Shown: positions 22,323 to 36,065 of the stretch, piece by piece
Numbering within the stretch: the first letter of the stretch is position 1
Layout of the letters: each line of letters starts with the position of its first letter
Assembly: GCA_038087875.1 (NCBI GenBank)
Contig: CM076002.1
Location: 310,001 to 374,000 of the forward strand
Length of the DNA: 64,000 bases
Direction: 5' to 3'
DNA from: Malacoraja senta
Lineage: Eukaryota
Made by a program: the position numbers and the translations under genes
Notes under the pieces: model-generated
Told to the model about the DNA's origin: nothing
Databases searched by the model: none
The model's input: the letters and a program-made list of their open reading frames with translations, nothing else

Positions 22323-24790
22323 CTGCCTGTCTTGTGGGTGCCAGCCTTGCCTTTGATTCGTTGCTAAGCCAACACCACATGCAGAAACGCCGAGATTTTT
22401 TCCATTCCGGTAGAGATTTCACTTTTCATTCCAAGTATCCACTCCTGATTAAATTTCGTCGTGTTTATGTACACATTTTTAATAAAATTCTTCTCCCCCC
22501 CCCCAAATTTCAACATGTTAAAAAACAGCTCACCCATAGAATGTTGGTGAATGTTCCATCGTGTGATGTCACAATGCCAAATGCTCACAGATGTCCAATC
22601 GGAATGGATCCATTTACATATGCCTTTGCAGCAGCCCCAGCCCCTCCCCCCCCACCACCGCAGGCTGTGTCGAAGCGCGTCATCACGTGTGTGGGAATAG
22701 AGAAAGAGGATTGGGAGTGATAGGGGATGGGGAACAGATGGACTGTTCCTACCCCTCCCCCTTCCACTCTCCCTCCCCACTATTTCCCCTCTCTCCCCGC
22801 CCCTTCCCCTCTGTCCCTCATCCACCACTCCCCCTACCACTCCCTCCCCACTCTTCCACTTCCCTCCCCCTTACCCCACCCCACTCCCTCTTCCTCCCCA
22901 CATCTCTCTCTCTCGCCCTCCCTTCCCCCTCCCTCCCCTCTCTCCCCCACCCCATCCCCCAATCCTCTGTCCCTCTTCCACCACTCCCCCTACCCCTCTC
23001 CCCCTTCTCACTCTTCCACTTCTCTCCCCCCCTCCCCCTCCCACTCTCCCTTCTCACTCTTTCCCCTCTCTCCCCCCACCCCTTTCCCCCTCCCTCCACC
23101 ATCTTCTCCCTCCACCATCTTCTCCCTCCCTCCCCTACCCCATCTCCCTCCTTGCCTCCCTCCCCATCCCTCCCCCTCCCCCGCACCTCTCTCCCCCTCC
23201 CCCATCCCTCTCTCCTCCTGTCCCTCGCCCTCTCTCCTCCCCCTCTCCATCTCCCTCTCCCTCTCCTCACCCCTCTCCGTCTCCTCCCCTCCTCCCCTCC
23301 TCCTCCCCTCCTTCCCTCCTCCTCTCAACCCCATCCCTCTCGCCCCCACCCCCTTCTCCCTCCACACACTTTCTCCTCCTTCCACACTCTTGCCCCTCCC
23401 TCCCCTACTCCATCTCCCTAATCCCCTCCCTCTACCCTCCCCCACACCTCCCACCCCCTCCCCATCTCTCTCTCCCACCCCCTTCCCTCTCACCACCCCC
23501 TTCCCTCTCTCCACCACCCCTTCCCCCTCCCCCCACTCTTCCCCTCCTTCCACACTCTTACCCTTCTCTCAACTACCCTATCTCCCTCCTCTCCTCCCTC
23601 TCCCACACCTCTCTCCCCTTCCCCTCCTCCCCTCCCCCACCGCTCTCTCCTCCTCCTCTCCATCTTACTCTCCTCACCCATCCTCTCCTCCCCCTCCTCC
23701 CACCCCCATCCCTCTCTACCCCACCCCTCTTCCCTCTCTCCCCCCGCCTCCTTCCCCCTACCCCTCTGTCCCTCTTCCACCACTCCCCTACCCCACACTC
23801 CCTCCCTCCCCACTCTTCCACTTCTCTCCCCCTTCCCCCAACCCCTCTCACTCCCCACCCCTCTCCCTCTCCCTCCCCCACCCCTCTCCCTCCCCCTCCA
23901 TCCCCTCTCTCCCCCATCCCTTCTTCCTACCCCTCTGTCCCTCTTCCACCACTCCCCCGACCCCTCTCCTCCTCCCTCCCCGCTATTCCACTTCTCTCCC
24001 CCCCTTCCCCCACCCTCTCTCTCCCCCTCCCTCCATCTCTCCCCCCACCTCTACCCCTCTTTCCCTCTTCCACCACCCTCTACCCCTCTTCCCCTCCCTC
24101 TCTCTCACTTCCACCACCCCCCCTCCCCCACCTGTGTGTTTCGGGGGTGGTTAGTGTGAGTGTGATGCCACAGCCCCCCCCCCCACAAACGCGCGTTGGG
24201 GAGACAGATCTAGGTCTAGTATACTTTTAAAACTCTGTGTGTGTGTGTGTGTGTGTGTGTCATGTTGCCTTTGAAACGTATCTCCTCGAAAACCAGACGC
24301 CGAAATGGGGAAACTTTTACATATTTCAGTAGATATGTTCCTTGTGATTTGAGAAATCCACTCCTCTGTAAATTTAGTACATTATTTTTCCGACTTTATT
24401 ATTAAAATTGTTGACCAATCTGACTTAAAAAACAAAATCTGACCGTTGCCCAGCTGCTGACGTTACAATAATGGTGGAATTTTTACATATTTCGGTAGAG
24501 ATTTACCTTATGATTTAGAAATATACTCGTCTGTAAATTTGGTCAATTATTTCCCGAGATATTTACTAAAATTCATCACCAAACTGACGTTTAAATAAAA
24601 AGTCTCTGGCCAGCTGCTGATGTCACAATGCCTTTGCTGCTCGCGAGCAGCTGCGCAGATTTTCAATGCGCAGCCAGCTACGCTCCCCGCTCCCATCTTG
24701 CTCTTCCCCACCTCTTTCCCCACGACCACTCGCCCCCCCCACCCCGTTCTTCAAAAGGCACAGAAAGAATGAGAAAGTTATGCAGATTGC
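22262..24790 (+). mobile_element. Two head-to-tail related units (22262-24219, 24220-24790), possibly Helitron-like
   Basis: Both begin TTTAAAACT(CT)(GT)n..TTGCCTTTGA..ACGCCGA..GTAGA..ATCCACTCCT. The junction GTCTAGT equals the terminus at 20698-20704. Confidence 0.45.
22750..24130. repeat. Polypyrimidine (C/T-rich) low-complexity tract
   Basis: ~1.4 kb, almost no G on the + strand; recurring CCCTCTTCCACCACTCCCCC. Confidence 0.95.
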
Positions 24791-24933
24791 GAGGTCTGCA
24801 GTTCCTAGAGGTGCCGTCCTGTATGTAATGGCTGCCCAGCCTGCAGCTGTTCATTTTTTCACTCTTTTTTTTATTTTTAGTGAGTTTTACTGTTTTGTTT
24901 TTGGAGTTCTAGTCTTTTTTATCTGGGGGGTGG

Positions 24934-25133
24934 NNNNNNNNNNNNNNNNNNNNNNNNNNNNNNNNNNNNNNNNNNNNNNNNNNNNNNNNNNNNNNNNNNN
25001 NNNNNNNNNNNNNNNNNNNNNNNNNNNNNNNNNNNNNNNNNNNNNNNNNNNNNNNNNNNNNNNNNNNNNNNNNNNNNNNNNNNNNNNNNNNNNNNNNNNN
25101 NNNNNNNNNNNNNNNNNNNNNNNNNNNNNNNNN
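24934..25133. other. Assembly gap (200 N)
   Basis: Exactly 200 N; the round size suggests a scaffolding join. Confidence 0.99.
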
Positions 25134-25287
25134 CAGAGGACTTTTTCCCACAGAAGAGTGTTCTCTGCTCTGAAGGTAATGAACTGGAAGTGGTAGTGCA
25201 TGTCGGCACAAATGATGTCGGGAAGAAGAGGAAAGACATTCTGCAGCGTGACTTCAGAGAACTTGGAAGACTGAAACGAAAGAATAA

Positions 25288-26119
25288 CGTGGACTTCAGG
25301 CAGAAACAGGCAGCACACACCCCCACTCACCATAAATGGCAGTGCAGTGGAGTCTGTGAAAAGCACAAGTTCCTGGAGTACACATCACAGATATTCAGAC
25401 ATGGTCCACCAACACCATCTCCCTAGTCAAAAAAGCACAGCAACGCCTCCACTTCCTTCGACGGATGAGGAGAGCCGACCTCCCCCCTTCTGCCCTCACA
25501 ACTTTTTACAGGGGTGCCATTGAGAGCATTCTTACCAGCAGTCTCTCAGTCTGGTATGGCAGTTGCTCTGCTGCTGACCAGAAGGCCCTACAGAGAGTGG
25601 TGAGGACAGCGGAGAAGATCACTAGATCACCCCAACCAGCAATTCAAGACATACCCATCTCGCTGTCGCAAGAGAGCAACCAATATCATCAAAGACACCA
25701 CCCACCCAGCACACAAACTGTTCACCCTCCTACCATCCGGCAAGCGCTACCGCAGCATGCAGAGCAAAACCACAAGATTCAAAACAGCTTTTTCCCTCAG
25801 GCCATCAGACTACTCAACACACTCAAGAAACTTCCATGAACATTACACAAAGACCAACTGACTGTCAAATTAACTTTAACCCAATGTCTGCAGTATGCTA
25901 CTTGCACTTTTCTATATTGCACCTTTTATTAATGAATATTTTATATAATGTATATGTCCATTGTCTATTTTTATTGGTATACTGTCTGTCTGTGTTATAA
26001 ATATTACTTGCACATTGGAGTATGGAGAAACGCCATTTCAATCCTCTGTGTAACTACTTGTTACATTATTTGAATTGACAATAAAGTTACTATTACTATT
26101 ACTATTACTATTACTATTA
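25288..26119 (+). mobile_element. Rex1/Babar 3' fragment (mirror of 21141-21972)
   Basis: ORF 25465..25839 GAIESILTSSLSVWYGS; (TTACTA)n tail. Confidence 0.8.
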
Positions 26120-26907
26120 CGAAAAGCAGGACCTCCAGGGTGGTTATCTCTGGTTTACTTCCCAGTTCCTCATGCTGGTGAGGGCAGGAACAGGGAGATA
26201 CAGGATCTGAATGTGTGGCTGAGGAGCTGTGCAGAGAGTGGGATTTAGATTCTTTGACCACTGGGATCTGTTTTGGGGGGAGGTGAATTGTACAAAAAAA
26301 AACAGGTTGCACCTTCACAGGAGGGGTCCAGCATTCTGGCAGGCAGGTTTGCCGCTGCAACACGGATGAGTTTAAAACGAAATAGTGGGGGGAAGGAGAC
26401 AAACTGTAGATATACGGATGGAGGTAAATGGAAAGAGAATATAAGAAAAGTTAAGAAAGACACCAGAATTTACGGGACTCAGGAAGAGTCTGGCCAAATG
26501 AAGTTAAGAATCGATGTGAAAGTTGAGTGTAGTAATTAATTAAAGTATTATATATGAACTAGACTAAGTGGGACCTGTGGGTCCCATTGTCACATGGGAG
26601 ACCTGGTTCCCTAATGCAATATTCCACCACTCAGGCATAGCCCCCACTACGCAGGCGCGGCTGACTGGTTCCCGTTGTAACACCCCTGATCCCCCTCCTC
26701 CTCTCACCTGACCACCCCCCCCCCTCCACTCCGGCCCTTGCCCTTCCAACCCCCACGCACTACCTCACCCCCCTCACCCCCCCCACCCATCCACTCAGCC
26801 ATTCCCGCTTATTATTGGGTTCCCATGTGATGTAGAACACGCAGGTATTACTGCGCAGGTGCAGCTGACAGGCACGGCAAGTGGAAAAGGGATTTTTTTA
26901 AGCTAAG

Positions 26908-27615
26908 ATGATAGATAGATAGAATCTTTAATTTGCCACACGACTAGGGTTGGTGGTATTTGGGTTCGGTACATGATGGTACACTGCTTTAGTCACATTA
27001 ACACTAATAACAACACAAATCATAGTAATAAAGTACATCCATACCACATCACAAATCACAAATCTCACCAACAATACATAGTGCAAAAGAACAGACAAAA
27101 ACCATAGACAAGACACTGTATACACCAAAAGTCAAAAAGTTATTGGAGGGAATTAAGTGTTGTTTTTGCTGAGGGGGAAGAAACTGTTTTTAAAGCGGGT
27201 GGATTTTGTAGCAAGTGACCTAAGGCGCCTCCCTGAAGGGAGAGACTGGAAAAGGTGGTTTGCTGGATGGGAGGGGTCCGAAATTATCTTTGTTGCCCGT
27301 TTTGAGGTCGTTGGAGGTAAAAGGAATGGATTGAGGGGAGGGGAGTTGATGATCCTAGAGGCCTTGGAGACAATGCGCTGTATTCTGTGTAGTGAATGAC
27401 TGTCAGTGTTTCCGTACCAGACTGTGATTGAGGAGGTGATGATGCTTTCAATGATGGATTGATAGAAACGGACCAGGAGGTGTTTGTGGACCCTGAACCT
27501 TTTGAGCTGTCTGAGGAAGTATAGACGTTGTTGTCCTTTCTTGATGATTTGGTCTGCATTGATGTGCCATTTTAGGATTATTGCAGATATAGGTGCCCAG
27601 AAACTTAGATAAGTT
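26908..27615 (-). mobile_element. Rex1/Babar 3' fragment (mirror of 19633-20335)
   Basis: Reverse complement of the left-arm copy. Confidence 0.85.
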
Positions 27616-29403
27616 CCTGGAGGTTATGGGATGTGAATAACTTAAAATATAACAACAATTTAAAGATGAGATGAGATTTATTGTCCATTCATTCTTGTTG
27701 CGTCTCTTGTTGTGTTCTGCTGCCAGGGGAGGGGGATGGCTTCAGGCGATGGCTGTCATGGGCCGGTAGGGGGAGTATCCTGCAGCCGGGGGAGGGGCAC
27801 AGCTTCAGTCGGTGGCCTGTGGGGGAGGGGAGAGCATCCTGCAACTGGGGACGGGACCTGTCGGGAACATTGGGGAGAGGGGAGCGCTGCCGTAGCCTAC
27901 CGCTGCCGTGGGCTACCGCTGCAACCCCTGCCACTGCCTACCCAGCCGCTACTGCTGCCGCTGCCTACCCCTGCCGCTGCCTATCGCTGTCGTGGCCTAC
28001 CGCTACTGCTGCCTACCGCTGCCGTGGCCTATCGCTGTCATGGCCTACCGCTGCCATGGCCTACCACTGCCGCTCTATACATTCTTGACTCGACTCTTCA
28101 CTCATGCATTTGTGCAATAGAAAATGGGTAACCATTGCACTCTGCGCTAAGTTAAAAAGAGTCAGCAGTTAGTCAGGAAGTGACTATTCTCTCCAAAGAG
28201 CAACCCTTTGTTAGGTGGCTTCACTAAATGGTGTGACTCATTATTCCTCCAGCAGTTTGTTTTTTTTGCTCAGATCTGCAGCATCTGCAGTCGCTTGCGA
28301 TTTAATACGATGTAAGATCTTATCAAAGTACGACGTAAGTGAGATGGTCGTAAACTCCGTTGCACCGTAACCGCCAAGGTATCCTGGAATTCCCAGTCAT
28401 TGGATTCCATGATTCCAGTTAATGTTTCCCTTCGGTCAGATTCTGGTTTACTCATCATGAGGTTCAGTCTGGCCTGCTTCCTGGTTATTTCTTAACATAT
28501 TTTCCAGAAGATTTGATTAGAAACTGAAACTCCTGGACCTGCTCGATGTGTCAGGCCAGCCTCTATGGAAGAGAAACAAAGTTAACAGTTCAGCTCACGC
28601 TGCTTCATCAGAACATGAACGTAACTATTCCTAAATGTGGGATATATTAGGGTTTGTGGTGAACAGCAACACAGCTGCTGCCTGGCCCTCTGAGTATTTC
28701 CAACACTTCTCATTATAGTTCTGATTTCCAACAGTAACTTTGCTTTTGTATGAACTGAAATTTTGAGATACTAGAGAAACATAGAAAATAGGTGCAGGAG
28801 TGGGCTATTCAGCCCTCCGAGCCAGCACCGCCATTCAATATGATCATGGCTGATCATCTCCAATCAGTACCCCGTTCCTGCCAACTCCCCATATCCCTTG
28901 AATCCTTGACTTCAATGAACTGAAACAGTACATGAACATTTCATTATAAGATACATCCCTGTAACATCAACACATATTAATATTTGTTAGTATTCTGTAT
29001 TTCAGATCCATTATCACAGTTCAATGCGATGGAGGTGGGTTTGCCAATTGAAATGTTTCAGGATCCAGTTAACAAAGAATGCAACTTGTGAGGAAATTGT
29101 GAAAATGTCAACAGCTCAAGTTCCAAATCACTTTTGTTGGTAAATTACCAGTCTTTTCTACACTTGATAATCACCATGAGGATCGTTAATAGATAGTCAT
29201 GGTCATCAGCAAAGCAACTGACGTAGTCATTAGTACATAGACTATGTAATCAATAAAGAGGGCCAGTAGCGGAGACTCCAGGAGTCCAGCCAAGAATGAG
29301 GCGAAAACGAGTTGTGTGAACGAAATGGTATTGAGAAAAGGAGCACCACAGCAAACAACACAGTGGTCTGAAAAAGGGCTTCTCATACATGAAAATCAAC
29401 AAA

Positions 29404-32174
29404 AGTCTCTCGTACAACTTTCTGGTTGCCCACACACCATCAGCGGGATTGTCCGAGAGACTTGTGAGGCCATTGTCATTTTTTATGCAGCTGATGTGAT
29501 GGACTGCCCCAGTACACCAGATGCGTGGAAGAGAGTGGCGCTGGGTTTGAAAGCAGATGGAACTTTACACACACATGTGGGGCTGTGGCTGGCAAGCATG
29601 TGGCCATTCGTTGTGGCTCAAATTATTTTAATTACAAAAAATTCCATTCTATTGTAATGTTAGCTGTGGTGGATTATAACTACAACTTCCAGTATGTGGA
29701 TGTGGGCCACACCTGGAAGTGTCGCTGATGGCAGGATTTGGGAGAGAGACGTGGCTTGGGCAGAAAATGGAAAATGGAACAGCAGGCATGCCTGATCCCG
29801 AACCTCTGTCAGGAGAAGACAGCCTGGACATTCCATATTCAAGGTTGCTGACGATGCATTTGCACTAAGGCCCTGGATGATGAAGCCTATCCACAGACAT
29901 TTAACAAGGGTCCAGAGGATCTTTAATTACAGGCTGTCCAGGGCTAGGAGGGTAGTCGAAAATGCTTTGGCATTCTGGCAAACAGATTTAGATGCTTGCT
30001 CAAAACCATGGAGCAGGAGCCAAAGAACGTAGAGACTATTGTGTTTGCTGCATGTGTTCTGCACAACCTGATCCGTATCAGAGGTGCAGCTTCAGGATCA
30101 GCAACAGCCATGGCAGGACGGTGACTTAGTGGACAGTCAAACAGGGAGAATAACACTAGGTGCGTGGAGGAGTGGTACAAACGACGAGACTTTGGTGCCA
30201 CTGCAGTGTTTTCGAGGTAACACGGGGACCAACAGTGCAAAAGAGCAGAGAGACCATCTCTGCTCCTACTATAATTCAGAATTGGGCAGTGTGCCGTGGC
30301 AGGACAGCTTATTTTGAGCGGCTGCCGACCACAGGTACATCACTGCATGAGGAGAGCCCACATGCAGAAAAATCCAGTTAACTTCATGTTTAGTTTAAAT
30401 CCTGCTGACTTTTCTTTGTTTAACTTTAAGTGTGGATTTTATTTTTATTGTGGTGTAAAAGTAATTTCATTGCATCTGTCTTTCCTTTAACACGTGGTTA
30501 TCATGCATCTGCTTATCTGATTGTAGATCTCAAAACTTGTCATTTAGCGCATTGCATTGTATCTTTTATTGCCTGAATATAGACTTGTGCAATTTCTCAG
30601 CTGAATTAGTATATAGTGGAAATAATTTTATTTGTGCTTCATTTGTTGATTTTCATGTATGAAGCCCTTTTTCAGACCACTGTGTTGTTTGCTGTGGTGC
30701 TCCTTTCTCAATATGTGCAAAAAAGCGTTTTTTATATTGAACAAGATGAATAAAGACTTTGTTTCACATTCACCGTGCTGTTTGTCTTATTTTCTGATCT
30801 ACTGAGAGGGACAATTTTAAACATTTAAAAAGCACAGCATATGAGGCAGCTGAGTCCTTAAATCTCACAAATGATTGTGAGAATGAAGATGTGAATATAT
30901 TTTAGGTACACAAAAATGCTGGAGAAACTCAGCGGGTGCAGCAGCATCTATGGAGCGAAGGAAATAGGTAACGTTTCGGGCCGAAACCCTTCTTCAGACT
31001 GATAGGGGTGGGGAGAAGAAAGGAAAAAAGGAAAATGCGGAGGAGGAGCCCGAGGGCTGGGGGAGGGGAGGAGACAACCAGATGGCTGATGAAGGGGAGG
31101 GGACAGCAAGGGCTAGCAGAATTGGAGAATTCAATGTTCAAGCCCCCAGGATGTAGACTGCCCAAGCGGAATATGAGGTGCATTTCCTACCAATTTACGG
31201 TGTTGCTCGCTGTGGCCATGGAGGAGACCCAGGACAGACAGGTCAGATACGGAATGGGAGGGGAGTTGAAGTGCTGAGCCACCGGGAGTTCAGGTTGGTT
31301 ATTGCGGACCGACCGGAGGTGTTCGGCGAAACGATCGCCAAGCCTCCGCTTCGTCTCACCGATGTAGATCAGCTGGCATCTAGAGCAGCGAATGCAATAG
31401 ATGAGGTTGGAGGAGATGCAGGTGAACCTCTGTCGCACCTGGAACTACTGCTTGGGTCCTTGAATGGAGTAGAGGGGGGAGGTGAAGGGACAAGTGTTGC
31501 ATCTCTTGTGGTGAATATATTTTGCCTTCCTCTATTTTGTGTTTTATGATGAAAGGAATATTACATTCAAGTCATGAGACTTTGTAGTGATATTAAAATG
31601 AAGACTTTCAGACATCAATTTGATCTTGATAGCAAAGAACTCTCTTTTATTGTGCAATGAAGTAAACAAACAGTGAGAATTAAACGGATCAGTAAAAAGC
31701 TTTTCAACACAACACAACACAACACAAATTTATATATAAACTTCAAGCAATTTTTTCTTTTCAACCCACTCTGTCACCTTATCAATAACTTGCTTAACTT
31801 TGTTAAGCAGAATTTGTCTTTAAAAAGTCTAAGTAACTGATATTTCTGTCCCTGATTATTGTTTCTAAAAAGAGTTCCCACGGTAGACTCACGAGTCACA
31901 AAGTTAAACGCACGGGCCACTACGTTCTTACGAGTTTAAATGTTTCAAATGTTAACCTCGAGTACATTTTACTCGTGGAAAAGTTCAAACATGTTTGAAC
32001 TTTTTCAAGAGTTAACAAGTTTCACGGGTACCTCCCGTTAGCGCCAAGAGTCGCTAAGTTGCGTCCACGAGTTCCGACGTTCCCGCTACGTTAATTGTAC
32101 GTGATTACCACGATTTAAATTTGTTTTAAACTCGGGGTCACTCGTGGGTCAGCTCGCACAGTGAGACAGGGGTT
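29404..32174 (+). mobile_element. PIF/Harbinger transposon, right-arm copy (3' part of transposase 29404-30317, TIR at 32130-32174)
   Basis: NFTHTCGAVAGKH..NYKKFHSIV..ACVLHNL; TIR matches 15315-15359. Confidence 0.85.
30907..31510 (-). mobile_element. Penelope-like element 3' fragment (GIY-YIG endonuclease) nested in the Harbinger
   Basis: RQRFTCISSNLIYCIRCSRCQLIYIGETKRRLGDRFAEH; hammerhead-like motif at ~30969-30998. Confidence 0.9.
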
Positions 32175-32928
32175 TAAGTAGGACTAGTGTAGCTGGCCGG
32201 TGTGGGTGAGTTGGGCCAAAGGGCCTGTTTCCACACTGCATCACTCTATACTGATGGTATTCTCAGGTTCTTGAGAACCATTTACAAAATTTCCATGAGC
32301 TCCCATCTGGAGCTCAATGGCGGGTTCCTGCTATTATCCTGACCTCAGGCCAAGTGTACCAACGGTTAAACAAAAAATGTACTGACCAATTTGCAATGAC
32401 ACAAACATTCTATCAGGGTCAATTAATCTCGATGTTTGGTCCATATAATATTTGTCTCGTGAACATGAGGGCTCTGTATCTAGAAAGCTCAGCACCCCAG
32501 TGAATTCTCTTGCCCTTGAATTCCTGGATGATTGTCATCTAAGGGTTAAACAGACTGGGAGCTGAAATGGAGTTGTCAGCTAATTTAGCAGCACCGTATA
32601 TGGAACCCTGCTTAGGAAAACAAGTAGATGTTTTCGAAGAATGCTTGGGCTAATTCAGAGACCAGTAGATCATGAGGACACCTGCAAGGTCACTGAGATA
32701 AGCTTTGCTTTCCCAGAGATATCCGAGGCTAGCTCGGTGTCTGATAGGAAACATAAGCCCTGCCATTATGGTACCACAGAGAATAGCATAATCACCTGTT
32801 ATTCTACGTGATAAAATTATTATATAAATACATGCTTCTGCCATGAGAGCATGAACTTCATCTTCAGGGAGAGAAAAAAGCTTCATCAAGGAGAGAGAGA
32901 TGGAGAGGGAGACGCAGAGGGGCACAAG

Positions 32929-34040
32929 AGTTCATAGAGTTATACAGTGTGGAAACAGGCCCTTCGACCCAATTCACCCACACCAGCCAACAGTGTCCCA
33001 GCTACACTAGTCCCACCTGCCTGTCTTTGGTCAATATCCCTCAAAACCTGCCCTATCCATGTATCTGTCTTAAACAATGGGATAGTCCCAGCCTCAACTA
33101 CCTCCTCTGGCAGCTTGTTCCACACACCCACCACCCTTTGTGTGAAAAAGTTACCCCTCTGATTCCTATTAAATATTTCCCCTTCACCTTGAACCTATGT
33201 CCTCTGGTCCTCGATTCCCCTACTCTGGGCAAGAGACTCTATGCATCTACCCGATCTATTCCTCTCATGATTTTGTACACCTCTACATCTCCCCTCATCC
33301 TCCTGCGCTCCATGAAATAGAGACCCAAGCCTACTCAACCTCTCCCTATAGCTCGCACCCTCTAGTCCTGGCAACATCCTCGTAAAGCTTTTATGAACCC
33401 TTTCAAGCTTGACAATATCTTTCCTATAACATGGTGCCCAGAAATGAATACAATATTCTAAAAGCGGTCTCACCGATGTCTTATACAACTGCTACATGAC
33501 CTCCCAACCTCTATACTCAATACTCTGACTGATGAAGGCCAAAGAGCCAAAAGCTTTTTTGACCACCTTATGTACCTGCAACCACCTTCATGGAACCATG
33601 CACCTGTACTCCTAGATCCCTCTGCTCTACAACACTACCCAGAGCCCTACCATTCACTGTGTCAGTTCTGCCCTTGTTCAACATCCCAAAATGCAACACC
33701 TCACCCTTCTCTGTATTAAATTCCATCAACCATTCCTCCGCCCTGCTGGCCAATCGATCCAGATCCTGCTGCAATCGTTCACAACTACCTTCACCATCTG
33801 CAAAACCACTAACTTTTGTACCATCAGCAAACTTGCTAATCTTGCCCTGTATGTTCTCATCCAAATCATTGATGTAGATGGCAAACAGTAACGAGCCCAG
33901 CACCGAACCCTGTGACACACCACTCGTCACAGGCATCCAGTCTGAGAAGCAACCTTTTACCATTACCCTCTGCTCCCTTCCATGGAGCCAATTTGCTATC
34001 CATTCAGCTATCTCTCCTTGGATCCCATGCAATCTAACCT
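32929..34040 (-). mobile_element. CR1 fragment (mirror of 11790-12899)
   Basis: ORFs 33568..34032 and 33195..33488. Confidence 0.9.
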
Positions 34041-34747
34041 TCTTTATTGATGTTGATACTCAAGTTTCTGTTTTAATTGTGTTTGCTTTAATAAATAATT
34101 ATTTGTGCTCTTCACCATGTGCTTCCTCCATTCATTGATCCGAATCCTTGAATCCTGCATATATTTCATTACACTGATCCAGGCAGTACTGACTGGATTG
34201 ATCTGGGCTGGTGTTCCAGAGACAGACAAATAATAAATAACAGGTCATTTCATAAAACAGCTCAGGTGAGGACTATGATCAAATGGATCTTTGTCCTTCC
34301 ATAAAACACATTCCCTCCAGCCCAACTCTCCCACACCCACCAAGATGCCCCATCTACATTAATCCCACTTGCCAACATTTGGCCCATATCCTTCTAAACC
34401 TTTCCTATCCCCGTACCTGTCCAAATGTCTTTTAAATGTTGTTACAGTACCTGCCTCAACTACTCCATATAGCAGCTCGTTCCATGTACCCACCACCCAC
34501 TTGTGTGGAAGTTATCCCTCAGGTTCCTATTAAATCTTTCCCCTCACACCTGAAACATATGTCCCCCGCTTCTTAATTCCCATATTCTGGGTAAAAGACT
34601 CTGTGCATTCACCCTATCTATTCCCCTCATGATTTTATACACCTCTATAAGATCATCCCTCATCCTCATGCGCTCCAAGGAATATTTCCATTAGTTCTAT
34701 TCTATGAATGCCATTGCTTTGATGCCAGGAGCAAAGGAAGTAAATTG

Positions 34748-35867
34748 TTTTTTTTTTATTTTTTTTAAAATATTTTAATTTTATTAGAAGTACAATTGTA
34801 TACAATCATATTTTCATAATACCTTTTATGTACAGCTTCTTATTTAAATTTTTTTTTTGAAATAAAGAAGAAAAAGAAAAAAGTTAGGTAATGAAAAATA
34901 GAAAAATGTGAGATATATAGTGTGAAAAAGAAAAAGAAAGAATGAAAAAAGAAAGTTGAGATAGAAAATAGAAGAAAGAGAATAAAAGAAGAGAAGAGAA
35001 GAAAAGACAATAGGAGATCATTTATAATCTTGACCATATGTTTCCAAAAAGACGACAAATGGAGACCAACTCGTTATGAATTGGTCAAATTTATCTATTA
35101 GGAGGAATCGCATTTCCTCAAGATGTGCGGTATCCAACATACTTGCAATCCACATTTTGAGCGTTGGTATTGGTGTATTTTTCCAAAATTTCAATATTAA
35201 TTTTTTTGCTATTATTAAACCATAATTAAAAATTGACTTTTGAGATGAGCTCAATTTGTTCCCGTCTTCCATTACCCCAAATATAATCAATTCATTATTG
35301 GGTTCCATTTTTGTCTTAAATAATTTTGTAAATATTTCGAAAATATCACTCCAAAATCCATGAAGTTTTATACAAGAAACAAGAGTGTGTTATAGTTGCG
35401 TCTTGGGTTAAACATTTATCGCAAATGGGCGATATATTTGGATAAAATTTATTTAATCTTGTTTTTGAGTAATATAATCTATGTAAAATTTTAAATTGGA
35501 TTAGGTTATGTCTTGCGTTAATCGAACACTTGTGAATGTATGTCAAATACTTTTCCCATGTAGCCTTCGTAATTTTTATCAATAATTCCCGTTCCCACTC
35601 TTCTCTAATTACCTCGGTCACAGGTAAATCTATATTTAAGATACTATTATATAAATATGATATTAATTTTTGTGTATCAGCTTTTATATTCATTACTTCT
35701 TCTAGTAAATCAGGAGTTCTTTTTTGATATCCCTGTATGTATGTCTTCAAAAAATTACAAATCTGAAAATATTTAAAATAATGAGTGTTTTTCAGTTTAA
35801 ATTTTAATTGTAATTGTTGAAATGATAATAAATCTCCCATTTCATACATATCCCCGGGAAGTAAAAT
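34748..35867 (-). mobile_element. L1/Tx1 3' fragment (mirror of 9964-11082)
   Basis: ORFs 35346..35993 and 35018..35308. Confidence 0.8.
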
Positions 35868-36065
35868 GGTTGTTGCTAAAATCATCATTTTCAAAATTTT
35901 GTTCAAATATCCCCCAAATTGACTAAGGCTTTTATGTTTAATATACATGAAAATGATTTCAAAGGTAAAAGTATGCTTTTGAATATTCTGCATAGAATAT
36001 TTGTATCATGACACACAAACCACATTTCAGAATATTGTTTGTATACCAGGTATGTAATGAACATT

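Noticed and set aside
22591..24154. Long Pro/Ser/Leu and Gly/Arg/Glu ORFs
   Set aside because: Products of the stop-poor C/T low-complexity tract.
24666..25366. ORFs containing X runs
   Set aside because: They span the N gap.
32250..32907. Right-arm-only unique sequence with a 91-aa ORF
   Set aside because: No motif or homology recognised by eye.
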